From contig OZ076409.1 of the NCBI GenBank assembly GCA_964187785.1, forward strand, positions 70,186,001 to 70,250,000: a stretch of DNA of 64,000 nt, written 5' to 3'. The number at the start of each line of letters is the position of its first letter. The stretch's first letter is position 1. The DNA comes from Amphiscolops sp. MND2022. Its lineage: Eukaryota. Below the pieces are notes generated by a model. It was given only the letters and a program-made list of their open reading frames with translations. It was not told where the DNA came from and searched no databases. The position numbers were made by a program, and so were the translations under genes. Below are positions 11,717 through 25,173 of the stretch, piece by piece.

Positions 11717-13871
11717 CAGTGTTGGTTAAACAAGCCGGGAACGGCCCAAGTCGGCGACATATCTTAGGGTCAAAAACAGCAAAAGGACTTCAAAGTGTCA
11801 AAGTATTCTCTTCTACGGTACCGGAAAAACCCAAAAGTTGAACCGAAATGACGCACCAGAGGGGACACCATTTTTCATCCATTCTGTCGCATATCATCAA
11901 AAAAAATGAAGGAGGGGCACTTTTGGTGAAAAAAAAATTGAAAAAAAGTCTCACAATACCAAAAAAACTGAAAGGCGGACCGGACCCTTTGGGATTTTTC
12001 AACATCCGTTCTGTCGGAAAACTCCAAAAAAATTGAAGGGGGGACCCTTTGGGGAAAATTTTTTTTCGAAAAAAAGTCTCACAGAGCCGAAAGACCCTTT
12101 GAGTTTCTTAGGTGATGTAAAAATACTACTTCGCAAGCTTTTGCGCCAGTATTTTAAATTTGCTAAGTAAGAATTGTAAGATTTTAAGATTGTAAGAATT
12201 GTAAGAAATGTGGACCGATCAGTGTGAGTATTGTAGTCTGAAGAAACAAGACGGGAACGTCTAGAGACGGCGCTATATCTAAGGCTCAAAAAAGCGCAAT
12301 TGTTAAAGGGGGGACCGTTTCGACTTTTTGGAAATCCAGTCTGTTACAAAATATCAAAAAAGTTGAGGGGGGACACTTTGGAGACATTTAAAAAATTTAA
12401 AAGTTTTTTTGGAAAAACTTTCGAAAAAAACGAAAAACGAGATTCTTGAAACAGTCTCATAGTGCCAAAAAACTAGAAAAGGGGACCCTTTGGGCTTTTT
12501 GAAACTTCAGTTTGCTGCAAAATATCAACAAACTTGAAGGAGGGACCCTTTGGCGACGAAAAAAAATTCGAAAAAAAGCCGCACAGTGCCGAAAACAATT
12601 GAAAGAGTCGCACAATGCCGAAAGAAATTGCTCGAAAAAGTTTCTGGCTAAAGCAAGGACTCGAACCCGTGACCGCTGGGTTCACCGTAAACCGAGTACT
12701 GACGAGTACATGTGAGCGAGAGTGAAGGCTGTAAAAAGTGGTACATAAGCGATGAGATCTGTGGTCTGACGAAAAAAAACCAGCCACTGTAAGAGTCGGT
12801 CACTATTCCTTAGAAAAACAACGTTTAAAACAGTTTAGAACGACTAAAACAATTTAAGACATATTTTTTCCAGAAATTTTCACTTTCTCAGGGTTCGCAT
12901 ACAAAAAGCCAATTTTACAACTTTTTCATTGTTCAGTTTTCATTTCTGTAGTCGTTTTGTATAAAACCCATGGTGCTGAATGCTCTTCCGACGCCTGCGG
13001 AGCTTGGAACGAGTGACATAAACTTCACCGAGAAGTTTGACTCTTCATGAACCCAATTGGTTTCGATCGACCGCAAATTTCGAACTTTTTTTATTTTATC
13101 TCCACCATCGTCTACGAAATCAAAGAAGTTAGAGACAGCATTTGGATATTCAGCTTTTATCCAATCTCCTGCATGCTTCACTTCAGATTTTGTGAGAGTT
13201 CTGCCTAACTACTCAGGATGGAGACATTTTGCAGCAAAAAAAAAGATGCGGGTACAGCAGCAGCATATCTTGTTTCGCATTTTTCTAGCCACTCACGACC
13301 ATCAGATCCCAAATTTGGTCGTTGATCCAAAAGTTGGCCTGCAATTTCTTTTCGAGTCGCAGGACGATATCCAGGATGGAGAATCTCAATCACTTCTTGA
13401 CAGTCGGTGAGTCAGCTGCACTAAATGGAATGTTACAAGCAAAAAAAGAATTTGGCCACCGTCATATCCAACTTGCTTCTCTCCTTCGGAGTTGTTTTAG
13501 AAACATGTGGGTCATCTTCAATTGTTTGGTTGGTACATCTTCATCTTCATTGCTGTCATGGATCAGTCGATGTTTTTTTGCATACTTTCCACTGATGGAA
13601 CAATATCAAACGCACAATCCTTGCATTTCGCTCGGCCATTCACTAAGGTTTCGAAATCGTTCCATACCTGATCACGTTTACGACCTGATTTTTGTCGCTG
13701 AGTCATGACTACCTGAAACAAACATTAAACATTTAAAACATTTGTTGAAGTCAATCCTGATACAAAACAACATATAACACATTTGTTAAAATCAATCGTG
13801 TTTAGAACAGAGATTCAAAACATTGTGAAACAGTGATTTGAACCATGGGTGTTTTTTTTCAGCCAACACTG
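11717..13871 (-). mobile_element. Decayed hAT transposon (BED finger plus dimerisation domain) with Helentron-like insertions
   Basis: Minus strand: GRKRDQVWNDF..AKCKDC (BED, ~13560-13706), LHPGYRPATRKEIAGQLLD, and VPSSAGVGRAFSTMGFIQ; CAGTGTTGG inverted at 11717 and 13871; no TSD match. Confidence 0.7.
11728..12830 (+). mobile_element. Two adjacent Helentron/DINE-1-like repeats (starting ~11728 and ~12244)
   Basis: aaacaag(c/a)cgggaacg..cggcg..atatct.agg.tc heads, internal aaaaagtctcaca..gccgaaaa..aaagggggacccttt units, B-box-like GGTTCGAGTCC on the minus strand at ~12660. Confidence 0.6.
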
Positions 13872-14439
13872 ACATACATACATACATATTGGAACATTCT
13901 ACATTCTACATATTTTTGTAGGTTACCGAGCTCTTTTTCATGATTTTATAAACTTCTCAAGGAAACCTCCATGCAATAAAACTTCACTGATGCAATTTAT
14001 ATTTATCAAGCTGCCTATAAGATGCATCCTAAAATTGTCGGCAATTCTGAGCCGCGAAGTTTTGCAGGTTTCATAAAAAACGCTCTTTTAATTTTGAAAG
14101 CACCTGAAACCTTCGTCAAATTTACCGCGGTTACAATGCAAATAAATTTCTGTCGCATTATAAGTTTCCAAGTAGCGTCATATTCAGCGTGCTATTTGAC
14201 TATCGGCGTACTTACTTGAGAAACTTACGCGTGAAAACAAAGTGATCGCGTTGGTGAAGAAGTGGAAAGGTTTTCAGTTTTAACTCAAATAGTGAAAGCT
14301 GCATAGTAATCCTACAAAATGTTTCCATGCATGGTCCTTGAATTTTCCATGTTTTATAAAGAAAACAACCGGCATTTTTTGAAGGTGCCTATAAAACTTC
14401 GCGGCAACTTCGACTAGGGTACGCAACGTCTTCTTCAAA

Positions 14440-15860
14440 ATCTTTTCCGAAGTGACTGACTTTGTTGAACTATTTGCAAGTTGGAAACCAGTTGAAATCC
14501 ATGTAATAGCTTCGATATTTTTCTTATCAAGTGCTTGTGAAAGGCAGCAATGTCAATTCTCGGCTTTTTTCCGAAACTGTCTTTGTAGATGAAATAGACG
14601 AAGTCTGCGACTTGTTATCACAATAGCAATGAATATGCGCGTTTCTCTTTCACACCTCGAATAGACGTGAATGTAAGAAAATTGATGCATCAACGGCTGT
14701 GGCTAATGCTAGACTTTCAGGTGCTAGAGTGGACAACACGACTGACCTTCTTTGGTTGCCACGACAGGGGGCAGGTTTGATTTTTCGAGTGTGCCAAAAA
14801 TATCAAGTATCCACCTTGTGTTGAGCAATCTCCGCCGTTTGAAAACGATGCATCAGCAAAAACCAGAATTTTCGACATTGTAACATTTGGTGGAAGTGAT
14901 GTTAAGGTCTTGTGAATACTTCAATGTTCGTATAATTTTGTTGAGAATCACTTCTACCGAACAGTTTTTGGTTGAATAAGTCCTACGTGCAGTATACAAA
15001 CTGAAGCAAATGTCAGACTTCGTTCGACCAGCAATCCATTCTAATCTACCAAACACTGAATTTATTTTAGAATCGCTTGTCATAGTGCAGTTTTCATGCG
15101 AATCGGCAACATATTCAACCTGAGATTATTTTAAGGACCCTAATTTTGTCCGCTACAAGAAGACATCTAGTCTATCACGAAAGTAGCGCAGGATGGTTCC
15201 ATTATCTACACAGGAAACTCCTTGGATCCACCATATAACATGTCGTCAACACAGATACAAACGGCCTCACACGGCCCGTTGGTGTCCTTCGTGTAGAAAA
15301 ACGCTTTATCAACCTCACATTGTGACATGCTAAGTTTGAGGGAAAATTGTGAAATCTTGTCATAAAATTTTCCTTGCACTTGCAGCGTAATTGAGTCCAT
15401 GGACGCAATTTCTCAATTTCCACGACACTTTTGTCATTCTCTCAGCAGGTGGCTTGAGGAATACTCCTCTCACGATCGCTTCGTTTTGCAAAAACGCTGT
15501 TTTCGCGTCCAATTTATGTAATTTCCAGCCGTAATGAGTCACATTTGATACAATTCTCGTCTCAGTTCGTGACAACGTTGCGGAGTCCAATGACATCAAC
15601 GAAGTGTCTTCATTGAAACCTCCAGCCACAAGTCTAGCCTCTCCTTCCCAAGTTACTCTAGTCGATGTCATTAAGCGTGAAAAATTAGGAACGACAGATG
15701 CTACAAAAGCATTTAATAAACCATGAGCAGTGTCGATCCGAGTTGAAAGAGGGCACGCAACTACGAAGATAGGCGTTTACAGAGGACTTGAACTTTTCGC
15801 AAGATTGTGTAATGTCAATATTTTTCTCGGATAAGAAATTGGACCAATGGCAGACACGTT
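14440..15860 (-). mobile_element. Degenerate Ty1/Copia RT-RNaseH
   Basis: ARLVAGGF, LDAKTAFLQ, VFLKPP, WKLRNCVHGL, CVDDMLYGG and GRLEWIAGRTKSDI motifs, broken by stops and frameshifts. Confidence 0.85.
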
Positions 15861-15989
15861 GAAATTAAGAGTGTCTGGATGTGAACGTATTGTATTTCAA
15901 AACTGGGGTTAGCAATTGGCAATGGGAAGTTCGGAGATTTCTGACATTCGAGCTGAAACATATGAAATTGTGAAAAGTTGAGGTATTCC

Positions 15990-17700
15990 CATTTATAGTC
16001 TTGTTTAGTAAAATTTAGTCTTGAAGTACAAGATTAAAAAATATGGGCAAGGTATGTGTTCGCGAGAGTTGAAGAATGTAGTCCCAGAGACAGGTGACAC
16101 AAAACAAACATTTTTTGTTGAAAAGTACTTGTTGTATCCTTTGACTAATTGAGGGGTACCAGATTGAGAGCCATAGAGAAGTATACTATAGACACAGAGG
16201 CAATAATATAGAAGTTTTGTGGCGACAGAGACATTATTAGGATGGTGCGTCTCAGAAATTGAAAAGACTTGCGTGCCGCCACTAACTTCGCCTGATTGTG
16301 GTTTTTCCATGATATTGAGCTTTGGACATAAATACCCAAGTCTTTGATGCATTTGACAATAGGAATTTCATTTCCATTCAACATGACAGTAGCACTTGAT
16401 TTATTTCGCCCATTAAAGTAGAGACTTTTGCATTTATCAATATTTAAACACATGAGCCACTTTATTCGATTGCCCAATTCTGAAAGTTGACAATGTCATG
16501 TTGTAGGTCAGGAAGGGATCGAGATAGTAATTTGCTATCATCAGCGAACAGGTAACATGACGACTTTGTGATATTGTCGAGTAGGTCGTTAATGAGAATG
16601 ATAAAAAAGAGGGGTCCAACAACGCTCCCCTGCGGCACTCCGCCGTTTACTTTTGACAACTGTGATAGAACACCGTTGACAGAAACTTTCTGGAACCTTG
16701 AGGAGAAGATATGCTTGGAAAAGTTCAGGAAATCACTATCGAATCCAAAGTCAGCTAGTTGGTGAAGGAGGAGGTGATGAGGGACAAGATCAAAAGCTAC
16801 CCGAAAATCAAAATAGACAGAATAGCTCGGAATGTTTGAGTCCTTTCGATTATAGAGCTCATCTAAAAACGGTAGAAGCTGGGTTACAGTTGACTGCTGT
16901 CTCATGAAACCGTGATGTTCGGTGCAAAGTTTTCTCCTTACATGGAAATAGATATAGCGAAAAAATAGCTTCTCGGGTATAATTGACAGCTGATGCAAAA
17001 TACTGATAGGTCGATAATTTTCGACACATTTGGGATCATCTGAATTGTAAAATGGTGTTATTGTTAAACACATCCAAAGACTTGGCCACTCTTTGAATTT
17101 GATAATCATTTCAAATAGTTGTGTGACTAATGGCGCTAATATATCTGGGCGGCGATTGTGGAGAAAGGTTGGGATTGGATCGGAGATTCTACAGCTAGTT
17201 GAGTTCTTCAACAACAGTTCAGAAACTTTATAAATGGTAATTTTGGAATTGCGCAAAAAGATTCTAGGGTTTTGCGGATTAGGCAATGATGTAGAGAGAC
17301 TCGTTCCATATAAAAAGCAGAAAAAGAGTTGAAGAAATTTTCTATTGTTCTGCTCGAATTAGCAGATAAGTTTCGCCAATGCATTTGGTTCGGTAACAGA
17401 TTTGAAGAGAAGGAGTGTAGAAATTTAAAACAGGTACGCGTTGAATGCGGAGAAAGGCTGTCGATTACAAGGGACTTGTCTAGCTCAATAGATTGGTTGG
17501 CATCTTCACGGAGTTTTGAGATACATTCAAGGTTATAGTTGTATTTGGCGGTAGTACGTAACTTGTTCATCAAGTGGATTGTTTAGGAAGAGTAGTAATA
17601 GGGAAACTGCATCCGGCGAGAAGTTTCCATGGAGCAGGATTGAACGCAGGCATCAAAAATTGTTCTGTGCCATAGCTCAAATTTTCTTCCAGAGTTGTTG
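15990..17700 (-). mobile_element. 5'-truncated CR1/L2-group LINE (RT)
   Basis: NYRPISIL, HGF, DFRVAFDLVPH, GVPQGSVVGP, LFADDSKL, KDLGIYV; shares the PYYSS..IHL.N.LRT motif with the LINE at 21830. Confidence 0.9.
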
Positions 17701-18229
17701 ACAACATGTTGGAATTGGGAGAAGACTTGAGTGTGTAAAATATATAGTGTTTTATAGCGTTATTTATTAACCATGAGCGCCCGGGGCCTAATCAAAGGGC
17801 GGAATATCGTCAGCGCTTAAATATCGTCAGCGCCTACTCATGATCGAGTTGTAATCGTGTAGTTTTTTTACAGTGCCAACACTGTCTTGCACATTCCACA
17901 GCCCACATATATATTTGGCAACATTCCTTTTTCACTTGTATTTTTAAATTGATGAATTTCCATTTGTTCTATTTTGTATTATTTTTAATTGCTGATGATG
18001 AGTTTATTCTCGAAAAGTGTTCAATAGAGTTTTGTCAATGATCTCGTTAATTTCATTTAGTATATATGGAATTTGATTTGAAAAGATTTTCATATTTGTT
18101 GTGTGGCTCGGTTGATTCGGACCAAGACATAGTATACAGGAACCACTCTTAGTCAGGAGAAATCGCTTGGGACCACACTCAGTCATGTGTACCGGTTTTT
18201 GATATCAATGTTCCTAAAACCCCCTTTGG

Positions 18230-21200
18230 AGATATTGGCACACACCCAAATGTGGTATTCCTGCAGTTGGTTAGGTTCCGAGGTTGAGTTGTGATGGAAA
18301 ACAACGAAACCTGCACCGCTCTGAAGTGTTTGAAGCCCTCAGGGTTGATAGATAGGATAAATTGCAGGCTTTGCAACGGATGGGTTCATATAAAATGCGC
18401 CAATTTATCAAAAACGGATTCCCGGAACCTTGCCGAATTGAAATGTAGTAGGTGCTCTTTGGTGAACACAACCCCTCAGTGTCAGGATGATAACTTTAGA
18501 CCAGACACCATTTTTAATTCAGACGTTGTTCACTTGAAAAGAGTTCCTAAAAATTCACGGATCCCCTTAGCTGAAACCTTGATACCCAAAATTACTGATA
18601 CTTGTGAAACCCCGTCAAATATTCCCTTGTGGTGCTCACTGCTCTCTTCTCTAAGCTGCCCTCTGGGAAAACCACCTCGAGGAGGGAGACATCAGAAGTC
18701 ATCCCTCAGTGCAATTATCAACAGGCGTAATCGGGATGGTGTGATTGAGAAAAAACCGAAACGCGACTGAAATCCGCAGCAAAAAAGCGAGTTAGATCGA
18801 CGACTGCGTTCCATTTGCACTAAATTAGACGAAGGTAATGTTCAGGCCGGAATCAAAATGGCAGTAGGCGACGACAAGATTGCAGATTTCACGGTCGACA
18901 ACTACGCTGCCCTCAAGCTGAAACATCCGCAGAGGGAAACTTGTTCTGTTCCAGACCCCACAGAAATTGATTGTTACTCAACCTCGGAAATTTTTGTCCA
19001 AAATGCTCTCATGTCCTTCCCCAAAGCTCTAGGGCAGGGTTGGATGGCATTTCGCCCGAAATTCGGAACGATTTGACTGCGAAGTCGAACGGGCAAACTG
19101 GACTGAATTTTCTCAGAACCCTAACAAATCTTGTGAGTGTGATTTTTGAAGGAAAACACTTTTCGAACTTCGGCCGTACTTTTTGGTGCGAAACTAATTG
19201 CGCTAAAAACACGATTGAGGACTTCGTCTTGTCGCTGTAGGCAATACTTTCCGCCGGTTGTCAGTAAAATGTGCCGGATACCATGTCTTCGAATCACGTC
19301 AAGCAAGATATGAAAATCGACAAGTAGGTGTAGGCACCAAAAGGGGGCGCTGAATTGGCCTCACATGTTTTCCGTTGTTTGATAGAAAACCCCCAGGACA
19401 AAGACAACGTAATTGTGAAAATTGACTTTGAAAACGCTTTCAATTCGATTAACCGACTATTCATGCTAGAGAAAGTTTTTGATAAACACCCTGAAGATTA
19501 TAAGTACTCACACTCGGCGTACAGTCAGCCAAGTTTTCTTTTTTTTACGCTGATTCAGTAATCAAATATTGTGAAGGGACCCAGCAAGGAGAACCTGAGT
19601 CTCCAGCTTTAATTTCGGATTCTTTTCATGATCTGATTGACAGTTTGGAGTCGAAAATAAACTTATGGTACCTTGACAACGGAAATTTATGTAATGATTA
19701 CAGAACCGTTTTGAAAAATCTCAAAATAAAGTTGAAGCAGAAAAAACGCTGGGACTCAAAATTACAGCCACGGAATGTGAACTTTTATTCCTAGGTGACA
19801 TCACTGAAAAACGACGATCGACAATTTTAGCAACTTTCCAAAAAATTTGTTTTGGCGGGACCAAAACACCAAAGAAAGATGAACTTGTCCTTCTTGGTTC
19901 ACCGTTCGGCCCGAAATCACAAGCAGACTTATTGAAAAAGAAAATCAATGAACTGGAAAATATTAACGAAATTGTTGAAAAACTAGGTGCGCACAATGGT
20001 GTTTCAATGTTGAAAAATTGCTTTAGTCTGCCAAAGTTGTTGTACTTCCTGAGAACCAGTACATATTTTAATCTTCCAGCTCTCTTGGAGAAATATGACA
20101 AAACCGTGCGTGACGGGGTTTCCAAAGTGTGTAACGTGAACTTCGGCGATATTTCGAGTACTCAGCTGGCTCTGCCTGCTGAGATGGGTGGTCTTGGGGT
20201 TTTATCCGCATCATTAGCACTTCCCGGCTTTCTTGCCTCAGCTTTTGGTGCGAGTGACTTTCCTACGACGATTTTTTGTGAAACATTCGAAGACGTTTCG
20301 TCAACAAAACCGCTTGTGAAGTTGAGTTTGACGAATGAACAAAAAGTACTCTCGATGGAACTCAGAAAAGCTGGACACAACCTGTCTACGCCAAAACCGC
20401 CCACGCTTTTGTTTCTGGAATGGATGACAAACGTTCGAAACTTTTTAATACTCATCAAGGCAAATTCGGGTCTCAATGGCTGAACTTCGTTCCTCGCAAG
20501 AACCTAGGCCTGAAACTTGATGATCAGCAACTTCGTATTCCAATTGGTTTGCGACTCGGAGCCAACAGCTGTGTTGTGCATACGTGCCACTGTGGTAAAA
20601 GAGTTGAACGGGATGGTTTACACGGTCTTTCTTGCACAAATAGTGCTGGTCGCTTCTCACGTCAAGCTACTCACAATTCTCTCATAAAGCAGACGTTGTG
20701 ATCTCTCGACTTGCCTTCAATGCTCGAACCGCGTGGACTGTACCGAAGTGATGGCAACTGCCCAGACGGTGTTACCTTGAATCCTTGGGAAATGGGTAAT
20801 CAGCTGGTGTGGGATGTCACGGTTGTGGATGCCCTTGCACCAAGCGGTCTGAATCAAGGCTTTTTATGCAACCCGGGAACCACCGCCACCGTGGCTGAAT
20901 CGCGTAAAATTGGGAAGTATTGGGAGTTAATAGACAATGGATACATTTTTCAACTGGTGGCCTTGCAAGTACAGGGTTCTGGGTGGCTCTAAAGAGGTCG
21001 AATTTTTCTGGTCGAGTTTTTCTGGTCGAAAGGACAGAGGTCGAACCTTTTGAAAGATTTGCAGGGATCCAATGGAATGCGATCGAATTCGATCGAAGCC
21101 TTCTTTGATCGGTCGAATTTGATCGAACTGGTCGAAAACGTTGGAGTGTACGCCTTTGATCTAATGGCTTGGGTCTAATGGAATTAGATCTAACTGTTAG

Positions 21201-21827
21201 GTCTAACTTCCAGATCTAGATTTATCTAAAATACTTAGGTCTAACCTCTTTATGATCTAATATGTTTTCTGAAAGCGAAAATAAAATGTGGGGCATATGC
21301 GATGTTTGCACGCTCACCCTCAATGTCGCAAAGACCAGCTCCCACTACGATCGCTTCGCGATCTCCGTTCCTGCTAAGTCTTTGCTGCTGTTCGACCTCG
21401 CTTAGCAAGATGTAAATATAAACGGCTCCAAGGGGTCGCGAAGCACTAGAAGAAATGGGGACATACCCGAGACATGTTTTATACTTTAATTCTATCTGCG
21501 GTAATTCGACTTGTTTCTCAAAAATCAAAAATCGGATCCGAGTTGTTCGATCCCATTCAATAACTTGGTATGTCGACCAGAAGACTAACTCTGATTTTCG
21601 ATCCCGTTCCTTTGACCTATTTCCGCCCACCCCAGGGTACTTTAAGCGCGAGCAGTGAAATTTTCATCACGCGTCTCTGTAAAATGCTCTGTCGTTCGCA
21701 AGACGATCAACGAATTGGCAGCTTTTTGAAGCAACGGATTTCAATGGCTTTTCAGATCGGCAATGCGGCCTGTGTTCTAGCAACTGTGAGCGAAAATTCT
21801 TACTTATAGCTATTTTTTTAAAAAAAA
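18230..21827 (+). mobile_element. Near-full-length CRE-clade non-LTR retrotransposon (PHD finger - RT - CCHC/RLE), frameshifted and interrupted at 20981-21632
   Basis: N-terminal C..C...CxxC.WVH.KC...CxxC; RT motifs GLDGISPE, KIDFENAFNSINR, EGTQQGEP, WYLDNG; CHCG..DGLHGLSC, PDG, WDVTV, AESRK..KY; ends RISMAFQIGNAACVL followed by a short A run. Confidence 0.9.
20981..21632. mobile_element. Non-autonomous DNA transposon with 9-bp TSD (Mutator/MULE-like), copy A
   Basis: Ends GGGTGG...CCACCC; flanked by CAGGGTTCT (20972-80) and CAGGGTACT (21633-41); removing it rejoins the host CRE C-terminal coding segments. Confidence 0.85.
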
Positions 21828-24800
21828 CCTCTGTCATTGTTGTGATAGATAGCCTAATTGTTGTGATAAACTTATTAAATAAATTCCGGTGATATGACTA
21901 CTGAAGTAGACCCTGAACAACGATCAAGACTGGGTTCCTGTGACACCAACTACTATCCCACAATCTCTGAGTTGCTGGAAAGCAGTGATCAAGATGTACA
22001 GAGGTTTCTAGCCAAAACCAAAAAAGACACCCTAGTGTGCATTTTACGAGAAGCAATCGCTCAACTCAGGAACAAATCACTATGTCTGATAGCAAATGAC
22101 ATTGCTGAGATCAAAGTTACCCTAGAAACAGCTGTATCTGAACAAACACTGTCGTCCCCACAGCCCATGACAGATCTGGACAACGAATCTTCAAATGCCC
22201 CAACAATCAAGCTTAGTACAAATTCTCTGATATCTTTTGATATTTCTTATAGAAACAAAATTCGTGTCTCTTGTGTACCAGAGCAGAACAGTGACCTTAA
22301 AAAATTTGAAAGATCAATGGCAGATAAAGATAGAGTTGAACAAATTCTTGAGAACATGGGCGAGCCCGTTGAAATACGGGACGTTTACCGGAAAGGTGCT
22401 TTCAGAACAGATCGCAAAAGAACAATAATTGTTGAACTTAGTAACCCTTAGGATGTCCGAAAAGTAGTTGGGGCTGCCACCAAAAATAAGTTTTTCAAGC
22501 AGAGTGGTTTTCTAGTTACATATGATCTCTCTCCCAAAGATCAAGAAATTGAGCAGAAATTGCTCGCCAAACTTTTTGAATTTTTGAAATCAGGAACAGA
22601 CAAGAAACAACTCAAAATCCGAGGATTGAAACTCTACAAAGACGAGGTTGAAGTCAAACTGGAGTGACAATCAATTGAACTTTCTATTCTATACGGCAAC
22701 ATGCGAAGTCTCCTATCAGTTTAAAGGCGTCTTCTCTTTTTGAACCTTGCATTCTTTTACAACGCTGATATCATCTGTGCATCTGAAACTTGGTTTGACT
22801 GTAACGTTAAAAATACATTTCTCGATAACAATTACGTTGTGGTTGCAAGAGCCGAGAGCCGACCGCCAATATTGTTCCCATGGAGGTGTTCTTATTCTGG
22901 CCAAAAACTACCTTTGTGCACAGAAATAAACCTCAATGTTGATTTCGCTACTGCTTGTAGAGTTAGCACCATATCCTCCTCTATACTAATAGCTGTATTC
23001 TACAACCCACCTGAGAAAAGCCTATACAGGCTAACAGAAGCATGTATTCTAAAAGTTTTTGATATGATGAGATGCTATGCAAAATCCTTGATTAATTGAT
23101 AATTTTTGGAGATTTCAATTACCCGAATATAGATTGGGAAAGTCCCACCGCTCCCGAATATGACAGCTCCGATTTTTGCTCTTATCTCTTCAATTATTCA
23201 TTACTGCAGCTTGTTAATGAACCCACACATAAATCAGGTTTCCTCTTGGACTTAGTGATTACAAACACAAATAAAAGCCAGATCCGTGAAGTGAACAACA
23301 ATTATTTCTCTGATCATCGTTGTATCTGTGTGACAACCAATGCATCCTTGCTAAAATCTGTCTCACCTATCACTGGTGAAGTCCAACAATACAGTTTCTC
23401 TCAGGCAAATGTTAAATCTCTTCGTCTATCCTTCGCACAAAACTTCTTCTCTTACGTTCTTCCACAGAATGAAACTTTTCTTCGAAACTGGCTTTTAATG
23501 TTCTTCTCTATTCTTAATGAATTCATTCCTAAAAAACGTTCCCGCAGGCAACAATAACCCCCTTACTATTCCTCTCACAGCATTCACCTATTGAACCAGC
23601 TTCGAACTCTACAAAAGAGAAAGGACATGAATAATCGAGTAGAATCCAGTCTTCGAGAAAAGCTATCAATCTCACTTGAATTAGATACAGTCGTTTTCCT
23701 AGAGGCATTCACATCTCACAACAAAACTTGTCTCAACATGTGCTACAAGCTAGTAAAAAGCCTGTCAAATTGTACTGACATTCGCCTGGAGGTGACATGG
23801 GATGATGCCACAGCCAGTGGATACGATCAAGTTGCAACTTTGTTCAATCTGTATTTTGTTTCAGTTTATAACAAATCCAGCAAACAGAAAGTATTCGAGC
23901 AACCTGTTGAAAACGGCCTTGATTCTTTGGAATTCACCCAGGAAGAAGTTTCCTCTGCATTGAAAAATTGCAAGTATTGGGAACGGTCCAGAACATTTTC
24001 ACGGTAAACTCCTCCAATGCCTGGCAAAAGAGCTTTTGCCTCATGTGACCGTTTTATTCAACCACATTTTGAAAACTGGCATTGTTTTAAACATTGGAAA
24101 CAATCGTACGTTACCCCGCTCTATAAAAAAGGAAATCGAAATTGTGTTTCCTCCTATTGTCCAATCAGTAATCTCAGCAAGCTGCTTTCTTTAGTCCTGG
24201 AGCGCTTAGTGTTCGATAAAATATATCAATTTGTTAAAAAAGCAATATCTTCTCAACAGTTTGGCTTCATGGAACGCACATCAACTACTTTACAACTTCT
24301 CGACTTTGTGATGGATGCATACCGCTGTAATGATAATAAAGAAATCATGTACACACTATACGTGGATTTTGCAAAGGCATTTGACAAAGTCTCCCATCCT
24401 ATCCTGCTTGAAAAACTCCATCGCTTCGGAGTCAGTGGACATTTGTTACAATTCTTCAGGTCTTACTTATCCGAAAGATACCAATTTGTGAAATTACACA
24501 ATCTGTTATCCTCAGCTCTGCCAATAACAAGTGGTGTACCCCAGGGCTCCATTTTGGGCCCGCTACTGTTAACCATTTTTATAAATGACCTCCCTGATTC
24601 AATTCAATCGAGTTATCTTAGAATGTTTGCTGACGATACTTAAGTATCAAACACCAACATTTTAGCTCTAGAACAAGACGAAAAAAACTGGGCCATCTGA
24701 ACAGCCTGTTGATTCGGCTCAAACGTGAAGTACCAGTCTCGGTTGGATCCAAGTTAAAATGGTTCTTTTTAAATCTTTTTTTCTGTCTAGTTTACTCTAT

Positions 24801-25173
24801 AATTCACAGATATGGTATCCCAGTCAAAAAATGCTTGACAAATTAGAATTGTTTCAGAAACGAGCAACTCGATGGATACTTGATATCAAAGATTATCACC
24901 AACGCCTGAGAGCTTTGAAGCTGTTTCCCATTTCGTATCAACTTTAGATGGCTGACCTCACGTTCCTCAACAAGCTTCTCAACGAGCGCTATGAAGTCGA
25001 TGTCTCAACTATTATCAATACCAAACGGCCCTCAGGCTATGATTTACGAATAAACAATCTGAATCTCTTTGAAAAACCTGAAACCCGGTCAAATAAAACT
25101 GATGAGCAATTCCGAATACGTGCCTGTATCATGGCTAATCGCTTAGAAAAGGTACATGGAATATCAGTCTTCA

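Noticed and set aside
18230..18295. HDV-like ribozyme at the CRE 5' end (TTCCTGC loop-like motif)
   Set aside because: I could not build the P1/P3/P1.1 pairings by eye; an Infernal or RNArobo search would be needed
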